A stretch of DNA of 64,000 bases from Candidatus Buchananbacteria bacterium CG10_big_fil_rev_8_21_14_0_10_33_19. GTDB taxonomy: Bacteria; Patescibacteriota; Patescibacteriia; 2-01-FULL-39-33. The notes below the pieces were generated by a model that did not search any database, had not been told where the DNA came from, and saw only the letters and a list, made by a program, of their open reading frames with translations. A program made the translations under genes and the position numbers. The stretch is from assembly GCA_002773855.1 (NCBI GenBank), contig PEZY01000005.1:8237-72236 (forward strand). Reading direction: 5' to 3'. Position 1 is the first letter of the stretch; each line of letters opens with the position of its first letter. Positions 18,642-27,768 of this stretch are shown piece by piece.

Positions 18642-20012
18642 TTATTTTAAGATATTTTTAGCTAAATTGTATATATCCCCAGCTCCTATTAATATTATAA
18701 CATCAAAATCATTAATTTTCCTCTTAATTTCTGATGCGGTTTGTTTTAGATTACCACTATAAATTACCCCTGATTTTTCAGCCAACAACTTAGAACTAAT
18801 ATCAAAGTCATCTGGATTTTCCCTGCCCTCAACATAAAATATATCAGTGAGCAAAATATTTTTATCGGTTTGCAAAGCCAAGACGAATTCATCAAAAAAA
18901 TTCTTAGTCCTATTATATTGATGTGGTTGAAAAACAAATAAAATTTTACTACCAGGATAAAAATTCTTAGACCCCTCAATTAATTGTCGTAAACCTTCGG
19001 GTGTATGAGCGTAATCAGTAATTATTTCTGTGTCACCAGAAATACCTAGCTTCTCAAATCGACGCCAAGCCCCCACAAATTCATCCAATGATTTTTTAAT
19101 GATGCCAAAATCTATGCCATAGTCCAAAGACACGGCTATAGCCGCCAAAGCGTTGTAAATATTATATTGACCAGGAATATTTAAAACAACTTCACCTAAA
19201 ATATCATTGCGAAATAATAATTTAAATTTTTGCTGACCTGGTTCTAATTTAATGTCTGTCGCCATTACATCAGATTTATTATTAATACCATAAGTAATAA
19301 TTCTAGCCTGGGAATCCAATAACACATCCATAGAATTAACATCATCATTATTAACTACAATTAAACCATCTACTGGAACTCGCTTTAGATAAAAATTAAA
19401 CGCCTGCTTAATATCTACTAAATCCTTATACACATCTAAATGGTCAGCTCGTACATTGGTAATAACCGCGATCTTAGGATAATAATTATGGAAAGCTTTT
19501 TTATATTCATCACTCTCAAAAATAAAATAAGCACTAGATCCAATCCTAGAATTTCCACCTAAGTATGATACTTTAGAACCCACTACAATAGTTGGATCTA
19601 AGTCTGCCTCCATAAAAACCTTACCCAGCATTGCTGTAGTTGTAGTTTTACCATCTGTACCAGAAACACCAATACCAATTTTATCATTCATTAACAAGCC
19701 CAGTAATTGCGGATAAGTAATTTGCTTAATTCCCAACTCATCGGCTTGTTTTTTTTCTGGATTATCTACACCTATAGCTACTGTATAAACTACTAAATCA
19801 ACATCTTTTGACAGATTATTAGCTGATTGAGGAATAAATATTTCAATCCCCTCTGATTGTAACTGATCAGTTATTTCACTGCCAACAACATCACTGCCAG
19901 ACACTTCTTTACCAATTTGCTTTAATATTCTAGCTGTTGCCGATATACCAATGCCGCCGACACCAATAAAATAAACTTTTTTTATTTTCGATAAATCAAT
20001 CATTTGTAACAT
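18642..20012 (-). CDS. murC: UDP-N-acetylmuramate--L-alanine ligase MurC
   Basis: YFIGVGGIGISATARIL and GVSGTDGKTTTTAM (Mur ligase P-loop). Confidence 0.9.
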   Translation of the reverse strand: MLQMIDLSKIKKVYFIGVGGIGISATARILKQIGKEVSGSDVVGSEITDQLQSEGIEIFIPQSANNLSKDVDLVVYTVAIGVDNPEKKQADELGIKQITYPQLLGLLMNDKIGIGVSGTDGKTTTTAMLGKVFMEADLDPTIVVGSKVSYLGGNSRIGSSAYFIFESDEYKKAFHNYYPKIAVITNVRADHLDVYKDLVDIKQAFNFYLKRVPVDGLIVVNNDDVNSMDVLLDSQARIITYGINNKSDVMATDIKLEPGQQKFKLLFRNDILGEVVLNIPGQYNIYNALAAIAVSLDYGIDFGIIKKSLDEFVGAWRRFEKLGISGDTEIITDYAHTPEGLRQLIEGSKNFYPGSKILFVFQPHQYNRTKNFFDEFVLALQTDKNILLTDIFYVEGRENPDDFDISSKLLAEKSGVIYSGNLKQTASEIKRKINDFDVIILIGAGDIYNLAKNILK

Positions 20013-20023
20013 GTCAATAATTT

Positions 20024-21085
20024 TTATTTTTTAGCAATACTAAGTAACTCGGTAGAAACCTTTTCAGCTCCAGAAAAATCCATAATCTTAGAAATATTTT
20101 CAACTAACATATCTTTTTTTTGTTTTTCAAAAAATAATTCTTTAATAGTACTAACAAAATTTTCTTTAGTTAAAGATAATTGTGACAAAACTATAGCCGC
20201 ATTATTTTTTTGAAAATAAGAAGCATTATATTCTTGATGGCTATTTGGTATTGGCACAATAACTACTGGCCTAGCAGTGACAATTAACTCAGACAAAGTA
20301 GACATACCAGCCCTAGTAACTACTAGATCAGCTGAACATATAGCTTCAGTCATTTCATGAGTCAAAAACTCAAACTGATGATAGTTTTCAGCTACCACAT
20401 CGACTTTCTTACCACGGCCGGTAATATGAATAATTTGAACAAACCGTAAAAGATCAGTCAATGATTGTTCTACTATTTCATTTAAAGTCTGTGAGCCAGT
20501 GCCGCCGCCCAAAATTAATAACACGGGTAAATCCTTATTAAGATTAAAAACTTCATAACCCTTTTCTGGATTGCAACTATAAAATTCTTCTCTCACTGGA
20601 TTACCAGTTAGAACTGTTTTACTAGCCGAAAAATCAGCAACTGATGGTTCATAAGAAACCGTAATTTTTTTAGAAAAATTAGCCATCATCTTATTAGCCA
20701 AGCCAGCAATAATATCTTGTTGGTGAATTAATATCGGCACTCTAAGAATATAAGACGCCCAAGCCACCGGTACTCCTACAAAACTACCAGCAATCATCAC
20801 CACATTAGGCTTAAATTTTATAATTATTACAAGACTCTGGACAAAACCTAAAAAAATCCTAAATGGATCAATAAAATTATCCCAACTAAAATACCTTCTT
20901 AATTTACCAGATGAGATTTCTTTAAAAGATATTTTATAACTTTCAACGGCTTTTTTTTCTGGACCACTAGCCGAGCCAACAAATAAAAATTCTGTATCTT
21001 TATTATCTTTTTTTATTTTTTCGTAAACTGCGATTAGCGGACTAACAGAACCCATAGTACCGCCACCAGCAAAAAGAATTTTCAT
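20024..21085 (-). CDS. murG: Undecaprenyldiphospho-muramoylpentapeptide beta-N-acetylglucosaminyltransferase MurG
   Basis: MKILFAGGGTMGSVSPLIAV and GT28 architecture. Confidence 0.9.
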   Translation of the reverse strand: MKILFAGGGTMGSVSPLIAVYEKIKKDNKDTEFLFVGSASGPEKKAVESYKISFKEISSGKLRRYFSWDNFIDPFRIFLGFVQSLVIIIKFKPNVVMIAGSFVGVPVAWASYILRVPILIHQQDIIAGLANKMMANFSKKITVSYEPSVADFSASKTVLTGNPVREEFYSCNPEKGYEVFNLNKDLPVLLILGGGTGSQTLNEIVEQSLTDLLRFVQIIHITGRGKKVDVVAENYHQFEFLTHEMTEAICSADLVVTRAGMSTLSELIVTARPVVIVPIPNSHQEYNASYFQKNNAAIVLSQLSLTKENFVSTIKELFFEKQKKDMLVENISKIMDFSGAEKVSTELLSIAKK

Positions 21086-21112
21086 TTTATATTATTTAAT
21101 AATTATTTTAAT

Positions 21113-22264
21113 TTAATCTAAATCAACCTGCCTGGATATATTAACCAAAATTCCCGTAGCTGCCAAGCAAGTCATTAGGGCAGTCCCACCATAAGAAATA
21201 AATGGCAACGGAATACCAGTTAGTGGTAAAATACCAATAATTGCTCCAATATTGAAAAAAGCCTGAATAACAAACCAAGACACTATGCCAATAGCTAACA
21301 ATTTACCAAATGGTTCATTAGACATCTGAGCTATTTTAAATACTCTAAGTAGTAAAAAAATAAAAACCACAACCAAGGCCACGGCCACAATAAATCCCAA
21401 TTCTTCAGAAATAACTGCAAAAATAGAATCCCCGGCTGATTCTGGTAAGTATGCAAATTTTTGCCGAGAATGACCAAAACCTCGACCAAAAAAACCACCT
21501 GAACCGACTGCTAATAGCGCTTGATTAATATGGTAGCCAATACCATGAGGATCTAACTCCGGATGTAAAAAAGTAGTTAATCTTTCAGCTCGATATGGCG
21601 AAGTTTTAATTATAAGCCATAATCCCATAATTCCAGCAGCTCCAAAACCAGCCAAATGAACCAAGCTACCACCAGCAATAAAAAATACTATTAGCGAAGT
21701 AAAAACGATAATAGATACCGAACCAGTGTCTGGCTGCAAGCCAATCAAAGCCATTACTACAAACAAAACAATCGTAAAAGGCAAAAACCCCTGGTGAAAA
21801 TCTTTTAAATGTTTTTCACCTTTTTCTGATAACCAAGCCACTAAATAAATTAAAAAAGTTAGTTTAACAATTTCTGATGGCTGGAGTGAAAAACCAAAAA
21901 AATTAATCCAACTTCTGGAGGTACCATAACCAGATCCAATTCCAGGAATATACACCAAAACTAAAAGGAAAATAGAAACTAAAAGCATCGGAGCAGCTAA
22001 AGATTTTAATTTAAAGTAATCTATCTTCGAAAAAATAAAAAAGAAAACTAAACCTGGCAATAAACCAAATAGAATTTGATGCTTGACAAACCAATAAGTA
22101 TCACCAAATTTTTGCCAACCCAATGACACACCAGCTGAAAAAATCATTAACAACCCAAAAATCGTCAAAAAAGTTATCATTACTATTAGCTGTGTGTCAG
22201 CTTTCTTTTCGCCACGTCGACGAAACAAATCCTGAAAAAAATATTTTAATTTAACTTTTCTCAT
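21113..22264 (-). CDS. ftsW: SEDS-family peptidoglycan glycosyltransferase FtsW
   Basis: Ten TM helices with SEDS blocks, in the conserved position between murD and murG. Confidence 0.85.
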   Translation of the reverse strand: MRKVKLKYFFQDLFRRRGEKKADTQLIVMITFLTIFGLLMIFSAGVSLGWQKFGDTYWFVKHQILFGLLPGLVFFFIFSKIDYFKLKSLAAPMLLVSIFLLVLVYIPGIGSGYGTSRSWINFFGFSLQPSEIVKLTFLIYLVAWLSEKGEKHLKDFHQGFLPFTIVLFVVMALIGLQPDTGSVSIIVFTSLIVFFIAGGSLVHLAGFGAAGIMGLWLIIKTSPYRAERLTTFLHPELDPHGIGYHINQALLAVGSGGFFGRGFGHSRQKFAYLPESAGDSIFAVISEELGFIVAVALVVVFIFLLLRVFKIAQMSNEPFGKLLAIGIVSWFVIQAFFNIGAIIGILPLTGIPLPFISYGGTALMTCLAATGILVNISRQVDLD

Positions 22265-22274
22265 TAAATAATAC

Positions 22275-23669
22275 TTATTTTAATTTATCAACTAAACTTC
22301 TAAATTGATCACCACGATCAAATTCATTTTTAAACATACCGAAACTCGCACAAGCTGGACTAAGCAAAATAATATCCCCTGTTTTAGAAAAACTTTTGGC
22401 TAGACCAATTGCTTCACTCATAGAATTAGCAACCGCACAATCTATTTTTTTGGTTTTAAGTAATTTTAAAATTCTATCCGTGCCTGTCCCTTTAAATAGC
22501 ACTAACGATTTAACAGTTTTTTCAATCTCTTTTACTAATTCAGTAAAATCTAAACCCTTATCAGCTCCGCCAGCGATTAAAATAATATTTTTTTTCGATG
22601 ATTTAAGCGCTTGCAAAGCCACTAAGCTGGCTTCAGGCATGGTAGAAGTAGTGTCATTATAATATTTTACGTCTTTTATTTCTCTTAGTAACTCCAACCT
22701 ATTAGGGACGCCATAAAAAACACTAACTACTTTTTTTATATTTTCTGATTTCAGACCATAGAGTTTACAAACACAAACGGCCGCCAAAACATTAGCGATA
22801 TTATGACTACCAGGCATTTTAATATCGGCAACCGATAATACTTTTTCTTCATGACCATTATTTCTGAAATAAATATTTTTATTTTTCAAAAAACAACCGT
22901 TTTCATTTTTAAATTCTTTCAAAGAAAACCAAAATCTTTTAGAAGGTACCCGACTACCCATTTTTTTGGTAAATTCATTATCTAAATTCAAAACCACATA
23001 ATCTTGATTGATCTGCCATTTAAATATATTTTCTTTAGCGGCCGCATAATCATCAATATCCTTGTAAGTATTTAAATGATCTGGATAAATATTAGTAAAA
23101 ACAGCAATTCGAGGACTGAGTTTGGCATCTTCTAAACTTTCTAGTAGCCAAGATGATAGTTCTAAAATTGCCAAGCCATTTTTTTTCATTTTATTTAATT
23201 GAACCAAGGGTGATTTAGTGATATTGCCACCAATAATCACATTGTCCTTAGCTTGCTTTAATATTTCATAAATCAAAGTCGTAACGGTGCTTTTACCTCT
23301 GGTGCCAGTAATACCAATAATCTGCCGTCTATTAACTAATTTAAAAAATAGAGATATATCAGTCTCAATTGGAATGTTATTAGCTCTGGCAATTTCCAAA
23401 TATTTTGATTTTCTAGGAATAGCCGGATTTTTAATAATCATATCAACATTTTTAAAATCAGACTCTCGATGTTTACCTAAAACAAACCTAACTTGATTGG
23501 CTAATTTACCGAGTCTTTTGATTTGATCAATTAATTCTGCCTTGGTTTTTAAATCGGTCACTGTCACTTTAGCGCCACGCGACAACAAAAAACGAGTAGC
23601 CGAAATACCACTACCCTCTTTATAGAGTCCCAGACCCATGACTGTTATTTTTTTGTTTTTGAAATCCAT
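22275..23669 (-). CDS. murD: UDP-N-acetylmuramoylalanine--D-glutamate ligase MurD
   Basis: MDFKNKKITVMGLGL...SG and ITGTRGKSTVTTL. I prefer the ATG at 23669; the ORF-track start at 23705 is an upstream TTG. Confidence 0.9.
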   Translation of the reverse strand: MDFKNKKITVMGLGLYKEGSGISATRFLLSRGAKVTVTDLKTKAELIDQIKRLGKLANQVRFVLGKHRESDFKNVDMIIKNPAIPRKSKYLEIARANNIPIETDISLFFKLVNRRQIIGITGTRGKSTVTTLIYEILKQAKDNVIIGGNITKSPLVQLNKMKKNGLAILELSSWLLESLEDAKLSPRIAVFTNIYPDHLNTYKDIDDYAAAKENIFKWQINQDYVVLNLDNEFTKKMGSRVPSKRFWFSLKEFKNENGCFLKNKNIYFRNNGHEEKVLSVADIKMPGSHNIANVLAAVCVCKLYGLKSENIKKVVSVFYGVPNRLELLREIKDVKYYNDTTSTMPEASLVALQALKSSKKNIILIAGGADKGLDFTELVKEIEKTVKSLVLFKGTGTDRILKLLKTKKIDCAVANSMSEAIGLAKSFSKTGDIILLSPACASFGMFKNEFDRGDQFRSLVDKLK

Positions 23670-23739
23670 TAATATACAATTATTATCTTCATGATTATGC
23701 GACAATTGAAAAATTTAAGGAGAAGACAAGACGGGAGCA

Positions 23740-23970
23740 TCCGCGTTGGCTTATGTATATAAGCCAAATTTTCAATGTTTGAAAAACTTTCGACTTATAT
23801 AAATAAAAAGTTTTGAGTTTTGAAAATTAGCGGTGCGAAGTTTTAGATTCGACTATAAATTTTTTACTGTCGCGATTTTTGTGGTACTTTTTCTAAAAAA
23901 GTACCAATGTGATTTAGAAATAAACCATCGCTCGGAGTTTTTGGTTACTTTTGGCGATACAAAAGTAACT
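23740..23970. other. Structured, relatively GC-rich intergenic region between mraY and murD carrying three hairpins/palindromes
   Basis: TTGGCTTAT-gtat-ATAAGCCAA (23747-23768), GGTACTTTTT-cta-AAAAAGTACC (23882-23904) and GTTACTTTTG-gcgatac-CAAAAGTAAC (23944-23969). The last two arms are related (GTWACTTTTK). Confidence 0.4.
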
Positions 23971-23976
23971 ATTTAA

Positions 23977-25041
23977 CTACATCCAGCCACCACGATCCAT
24001 TAAAAATATTACTAGTCCAATAATAGAGGTCATAGAAGCAATGACCCAAAATCTCATCACCACTTTTGTTTCTGGCCAACCCTTGGCTTCAAAATGATGA
24101 TGGATAGGCGCTGACAAAAATATTTTCTTACCATTTCTTAATTTTTTAGATGTCACCTGGATAATGACACTTAGTGATTCGACCACAAACAGAAAACCAA
24201 TTATTGGTAAAAGTAAAACTGTATTAGTCATAAGAGCAATAATAGCCAGGGTTACCCCTAGTGACATCGAGCCAGTATCACCCATAAAAAATCTAGCCGG
24301 AGCAATATTAAACCACAAAAAAGCTAGTAAGCCACCGACAATGACCCCACAAAAAGCAGCCAAATCATAGCGACCCTGAACAAAGGCAATGGTGCCAAAC
24401 GATAAAAACGCCGTCATAAGTGTACCGCCAGCCAAACCATCTAAGCCGTCTATTTCATTAACCGAGAAAGCAGTGGCAATGACTACAAAAATAACGACTG
24501 GTATATACCAAAAGCCTAAATTATAAGTTGCTAAAAATGGAATCCGAATGAAATCCCAATCTAATTTAAAATAAAACCACCAGGCTACCACCAAAGCAAT
24601 TAACGTATACACAACCAAGCGATGACGTACCGATAAACCACCGCCGTAAGGACCAATTTTTCTAACATTTAAATAATCATCGAATAAACCAACCAAAGCT
24701 GTTACCACTAACGCACCTAATGGCAGCCAAGTTTGAGATCTAGTCAAAAAGTTAAAATCAGCAAAAATACCATCTAGCCACTCGCCCAAAAAATAAAAAA
24801 CCATGGCTAAAATCAAGGTAGTCACCCAAACCAAAACACCGCCCATTACTGGGGTGCCTGATTTTTTAGCATGCAAACTAGAAACAATAGGAGCTTTACT
24901 GGAGCTTCTAATTTGTTTGCCTAATTTATATTTATATAAAAAATGAGTTAGAAGTGGGGTCCAGCCGATAGCCAGAATAAAAGATATCGCAGCGAGAAAG
25001 AAAATTTTAATTACATAAAATTCTAATAATTCCAAAGACAT
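23977..25041 (-). CDS. mraY: Phospho-N-acetylmuramoyl-pentapeptide-transferase MraY
   Basis: Polytopic membrane protein with MraY blocks (VMGGVLVWV, DDYLNV, NIDGLDGLAGG). Confidence 0.95.
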   Translation of the reverse strand: MSLELLEFYVIKIFFLAAISFILAIGWTPLLTHFLYKYKLGKQIRSSSKAPIVSSLHAKKSGTPVMGGVLVWVTTLILAMVFYFLGEWLDGIFADFNFLTRSQTWLPLGALVVTALVGLFDDYLNVRKIGPYGGGLSVRHRLVVYTLIALVVAWWFYFKLDWDFIRIPFLATYNLGFWYIPVVIFVVIATAFSVNEIDGLDGLAGGTLMTAFLSFGTIAFVQGRYDLAAFCGVIVGGLLAFLWFNIAPARFFMGDTGSMSLGVTLAIIALMTNTVLLLPIIGFLFVVESLSVIIQVTSKKLRNGKKIFLSAPIHHHFEAKGWPETKVVMRFWVIASMTSIIGLVIFLMDRGGWM

Positions 25042-25052
25042 AATTTATATTG

Positions 25053-25427
25053 TTATATATTTACATTAATAATTATTAAAGCAGCTAAAAAAATTATAAT
25101 ATTAACCAATAAAGCTCCAAACGACAAAAAATAACTAATTATCTTTTCTTTTAAATAAACATAAAAGGCTATGGCAAAATTAAATATTATAAATAGTAAG
25201 CCCATAGCTGGCATTAGTAAAACCTGATACCAAAGACCAAAACCACTAATACCAAAATAGATATTGTAACTCAAAACAATATATTCACTACCCTGCCAAA
25301 AGTTAAAAATTAATAATATCCAAAGAAACGTATTTATGACCACGCTGAACAACAAAGAAGTCATCACCAATTTATCTCGTTTAGCGGGGCTCATTAAGAT
25401 TGAATCCTGTATTTTATATAAAATCAT
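25053..25427 (-). CDS. Small polytopic membrane protein, hypothetical
   Basis: 124 aa with four predicted TM helices. It lies directly upstream of mraY. Confidence 0.35.
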   Translation of the reverse strand: MILYKIQDSILMSPAKRDKLVMTSLLFSVVINTFLWILLIFNFWQGSEYIVLSYNIYFGISGFGLWYQVLLMPAMGLLFIIFNFAIAFYVYLKEKIISYFLSFGALLVNIIIFLAALIIINVNI

Positions 25428-25575
25428 ATACTATATTATAAACGATTTTTGACTGATTTGTCTATTGATATTAAGATAATCGACCACTATTGACAAATAA
25501 TCAATTTTATGCTAATATTAATAGTTAATTAAAGACTTAACAAACCATAAAAAACAACTAATTTTACACAAAAAT

Positions 25576-26298
25576 ATGAACCCAGAAAACATATTTAATT
25601 CAAAAAACATAAAAACTATTCTATTTATTACTGTTATTGTAGTAATCTTTGGATTAGTTATTAGCCTAATTCAGACACCCAAATACAAGTCTTCAGCTAA
25701 ATTACTAGTTATATTTAGCCAAGAAGATATGAATCCCTATACTTCTGCTCAAACCTCCAATTATATTGCGGGTATCTTAGAAGAAGTTATATATTCTGAC
25801 TCTTTTATTGACGCTGTCTTTAAAACTAACTTTGATTTAATTAATGATTTTAGTTTTTCACCAGAGAAAAAGAGCAAACAATGGAAGAAAATGGTCAAAC
25901 CAAAACTAGAAGACAATAAAGGTATTATTACCATAGATGTTTATCATAAAGACAAAGAACAAGCTAACAATTTTGCTCAAGCTATTAGTTACACTTTAAT
26001 TACCAATCACAGTCTATACCATGGTTCTGGTGATAATGTAGTGGTTAAAATGATTAGCACACCATCTGTAGCTGAAAAATGGTCACAGCCTAACATTGGT
26101 CAAAATTTATTTTTAAGTTTAATCGCTGGCATATTCGCTGGTCTAACTTTTATTATTATCTTTCCTCAACAAGAAGTTTTAAATTTTCTACTTAACAGAA
26201 AAGCCACTCTAAAAGATGAAACTATAGTTTTTGGCAATGCCACTCACAATGAGAAAGATAATCAAGATCCTCAAGATAAAGAATATTACAACTGGTAA
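25576..26298 (+). CDS. Wzz-like polysaccharide co-polymerase / chain-length determinant protein
   Basis: N- and C-terminal TM helices flank a soluble loop. The PKYKSSAKLLV motif is typical of PCP/Wzz proteins. Confidence 0.5.
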   Translation: MNPENIFNSKNIKTILFITVIVVIFGLVISLIQTPKYKSSAKLLVIFSQEDMNPYTSAQTSNYIAGILEEVIYSDSFIDAVFKTNFDLINDFSFSPEKKSKQWKKMVKPKLEDNKGIITIDVYHKDKEQANNFAQAISYTLITNHSLYHGSGDNVVVKMISTPSVAEKWSQPNIGQNLFLSLIAGIFAGLTFIIIFPQQEVLNFLLNRKATLKDETIVFGNATHNEKDNQDPQDKEYYNW

Positions 26299-26302
26299 AA
26301 AA

Positions 26303-27766
26303 ATGAACCGAGCAGTTTCCAGCCAAAATACATTAAATTCCCAATCGAATTTTAATGTCACTTACAATATTTTGGCCTATCTGTATGTAGGCTGTTTTGT
26401 CATTCTGGGAATTATTATTGGCTTCTCGCCGATTGTTTATGGTTTGTTTTTTATAATTAGTTTAATTTTTATCCTACCATCTCACCTCTTGGGTCTATAC
26501 ATGATTATCTTCATGACCATGATTTTTGAGAGATGGTTTTCCTTATCACCACTTATTACTGATAGCGCAATCTATAAATTATACCCCTTGGATATAATTA
26601 TAATCATCACCATCCTAAGTTGGCTGTTAAACCAACTGAAAACCAGCAGCCATAAAATACTTTTTAGATTTCCAGAAAAAATATTAACTCTATTTATAGT
26701 TTTAAATATAATTTATTTAATCAAAAGTTTTTTTGAAATAAATACTGATATTGGTGTCGCCTTTTCATCTTTTAAAAATTACGCTTTTTATCCAATTCTT
26801 TATTTTTTAATAATCTACTCCATTCAAACTAAAAAGCAACTAAAAAATATTACTCACTTAATACTTCTAGGTGGTGTCGCTATTATTGCTTTTTTAATAA
26901 TTGGCTTAATGCGTGGCGAAGGTTTGTGGACCGAATACACTCCACTATCTACTGTTGGCGTTCGTTTTTTAGCCGGTACTCATGCTTTTTATTTAGTTAT
27001 AGCCACTTTGATTGCTCTTAGTCTATTAGCCTTTGATCGATTTAAAAACAAAGGCTTTATTAGCATGATTATTATTATTTGGCTGACTGGTACTGTCTTA
27101 TCTTTAATGAGACATTTATGGTTATCATTTTTTGTTGGCTTATCAACTCTGTTAATTTTTATTCCTATTATTAATAGAAAAAATTTAATTAAATCATCAT
27201 TTAAAAGTGGTTTAATTATTTTTACTATAATTGCTATTTTTCTATTAAGCACTAACCTTTTTCCATTACAGGATTTATCACAATCAGTTGATACTGCCTA
27301 TACCTCAATCACTCAAAGAGTAATATCTATTGTTAGTGGTTCACAAGATACTAGTATTAATTGGCGCATAAACTTTTGGAATGTCGCCAAAAAATCTTGG
27401 CTTAAAAGTCCAATTACTGGTTTAGGCTTTGGTAAAAAGCTACCACTAGACTTAGGCGATTGGCAAACATTTGAAGAAATTAGAAATATTCACAATTCTC
27501 CGCTGGCTATTACTATACAAATGGGCTTAATTGGTATTGGTCTATTTGGTTTATTTGTGGTCACAAATGTCTTAGGTAATTTAAAATATATTTTTAAAAA
27601 TGACGATCTAAAGCCTTATTATTTTGGACTACTGTCAGCCACTGTGGCAGTAATTTTTGCTAGCTTATTTCAACCATATTTAGAAACCAATCTAACTGGT
27701 ATATTTTTTTGGATTCTACTAGGCTTACTTAGAACCAGTATTATCATTAACAAAGTGAAATCATAA
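26303..27766 (+). CDS. O-antigen ligase / Wzy-like polysaccharide polymerase family membrane protein
   Basis: About 12 TM helices with a larger periplasmic loop near the C-terminus. I start it at the ATG at 26303, after the stop of the upstream gene. Confidence 0.5.
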   Translation: MNRAVSSQNTLNSQSNFNVTYNILAYLYVGCFVILGIIIGFSPIVYGLFFIISLIFILPSHLLGLYMIIFMTMIFERWFSLSPLITDSAIYKLYPLDIIIIITILSWLLNQLKTSSHKILFRFPEKILTLFIVLNIIYLIKSFFEINTDIGVAFSSFKNYAFYPILYFLIIYSIQTKKQLKNITHLILLGGVAIIAFLIIGLMRGEGLWTEYTPLSTVGVRFLAGTHAFYLVIATLIALSLLAFDRFKNKGFISMIIIIWLTGTVLSLMRHLWLSFFVGLSTLLIFIPIINRKNLIKSSFKSGLIIFTIIAIFLLSTNLFPLQDLSQSVDTAYTSITQRVISIVSGSQDTSINWRINFWNVAKKSWLKSPITGLGFGKKLPLDLGDWQTFEEIRNIHNSPLAITIQMGLIGIGLFGLFVVTNVLGNLKYIFKNDDLKPYYFGLLSATVAVIFASLFQPYLETNLTGIFFWILLGLLRTSIIINKVKS

Positions 27767-27768
27767 AT

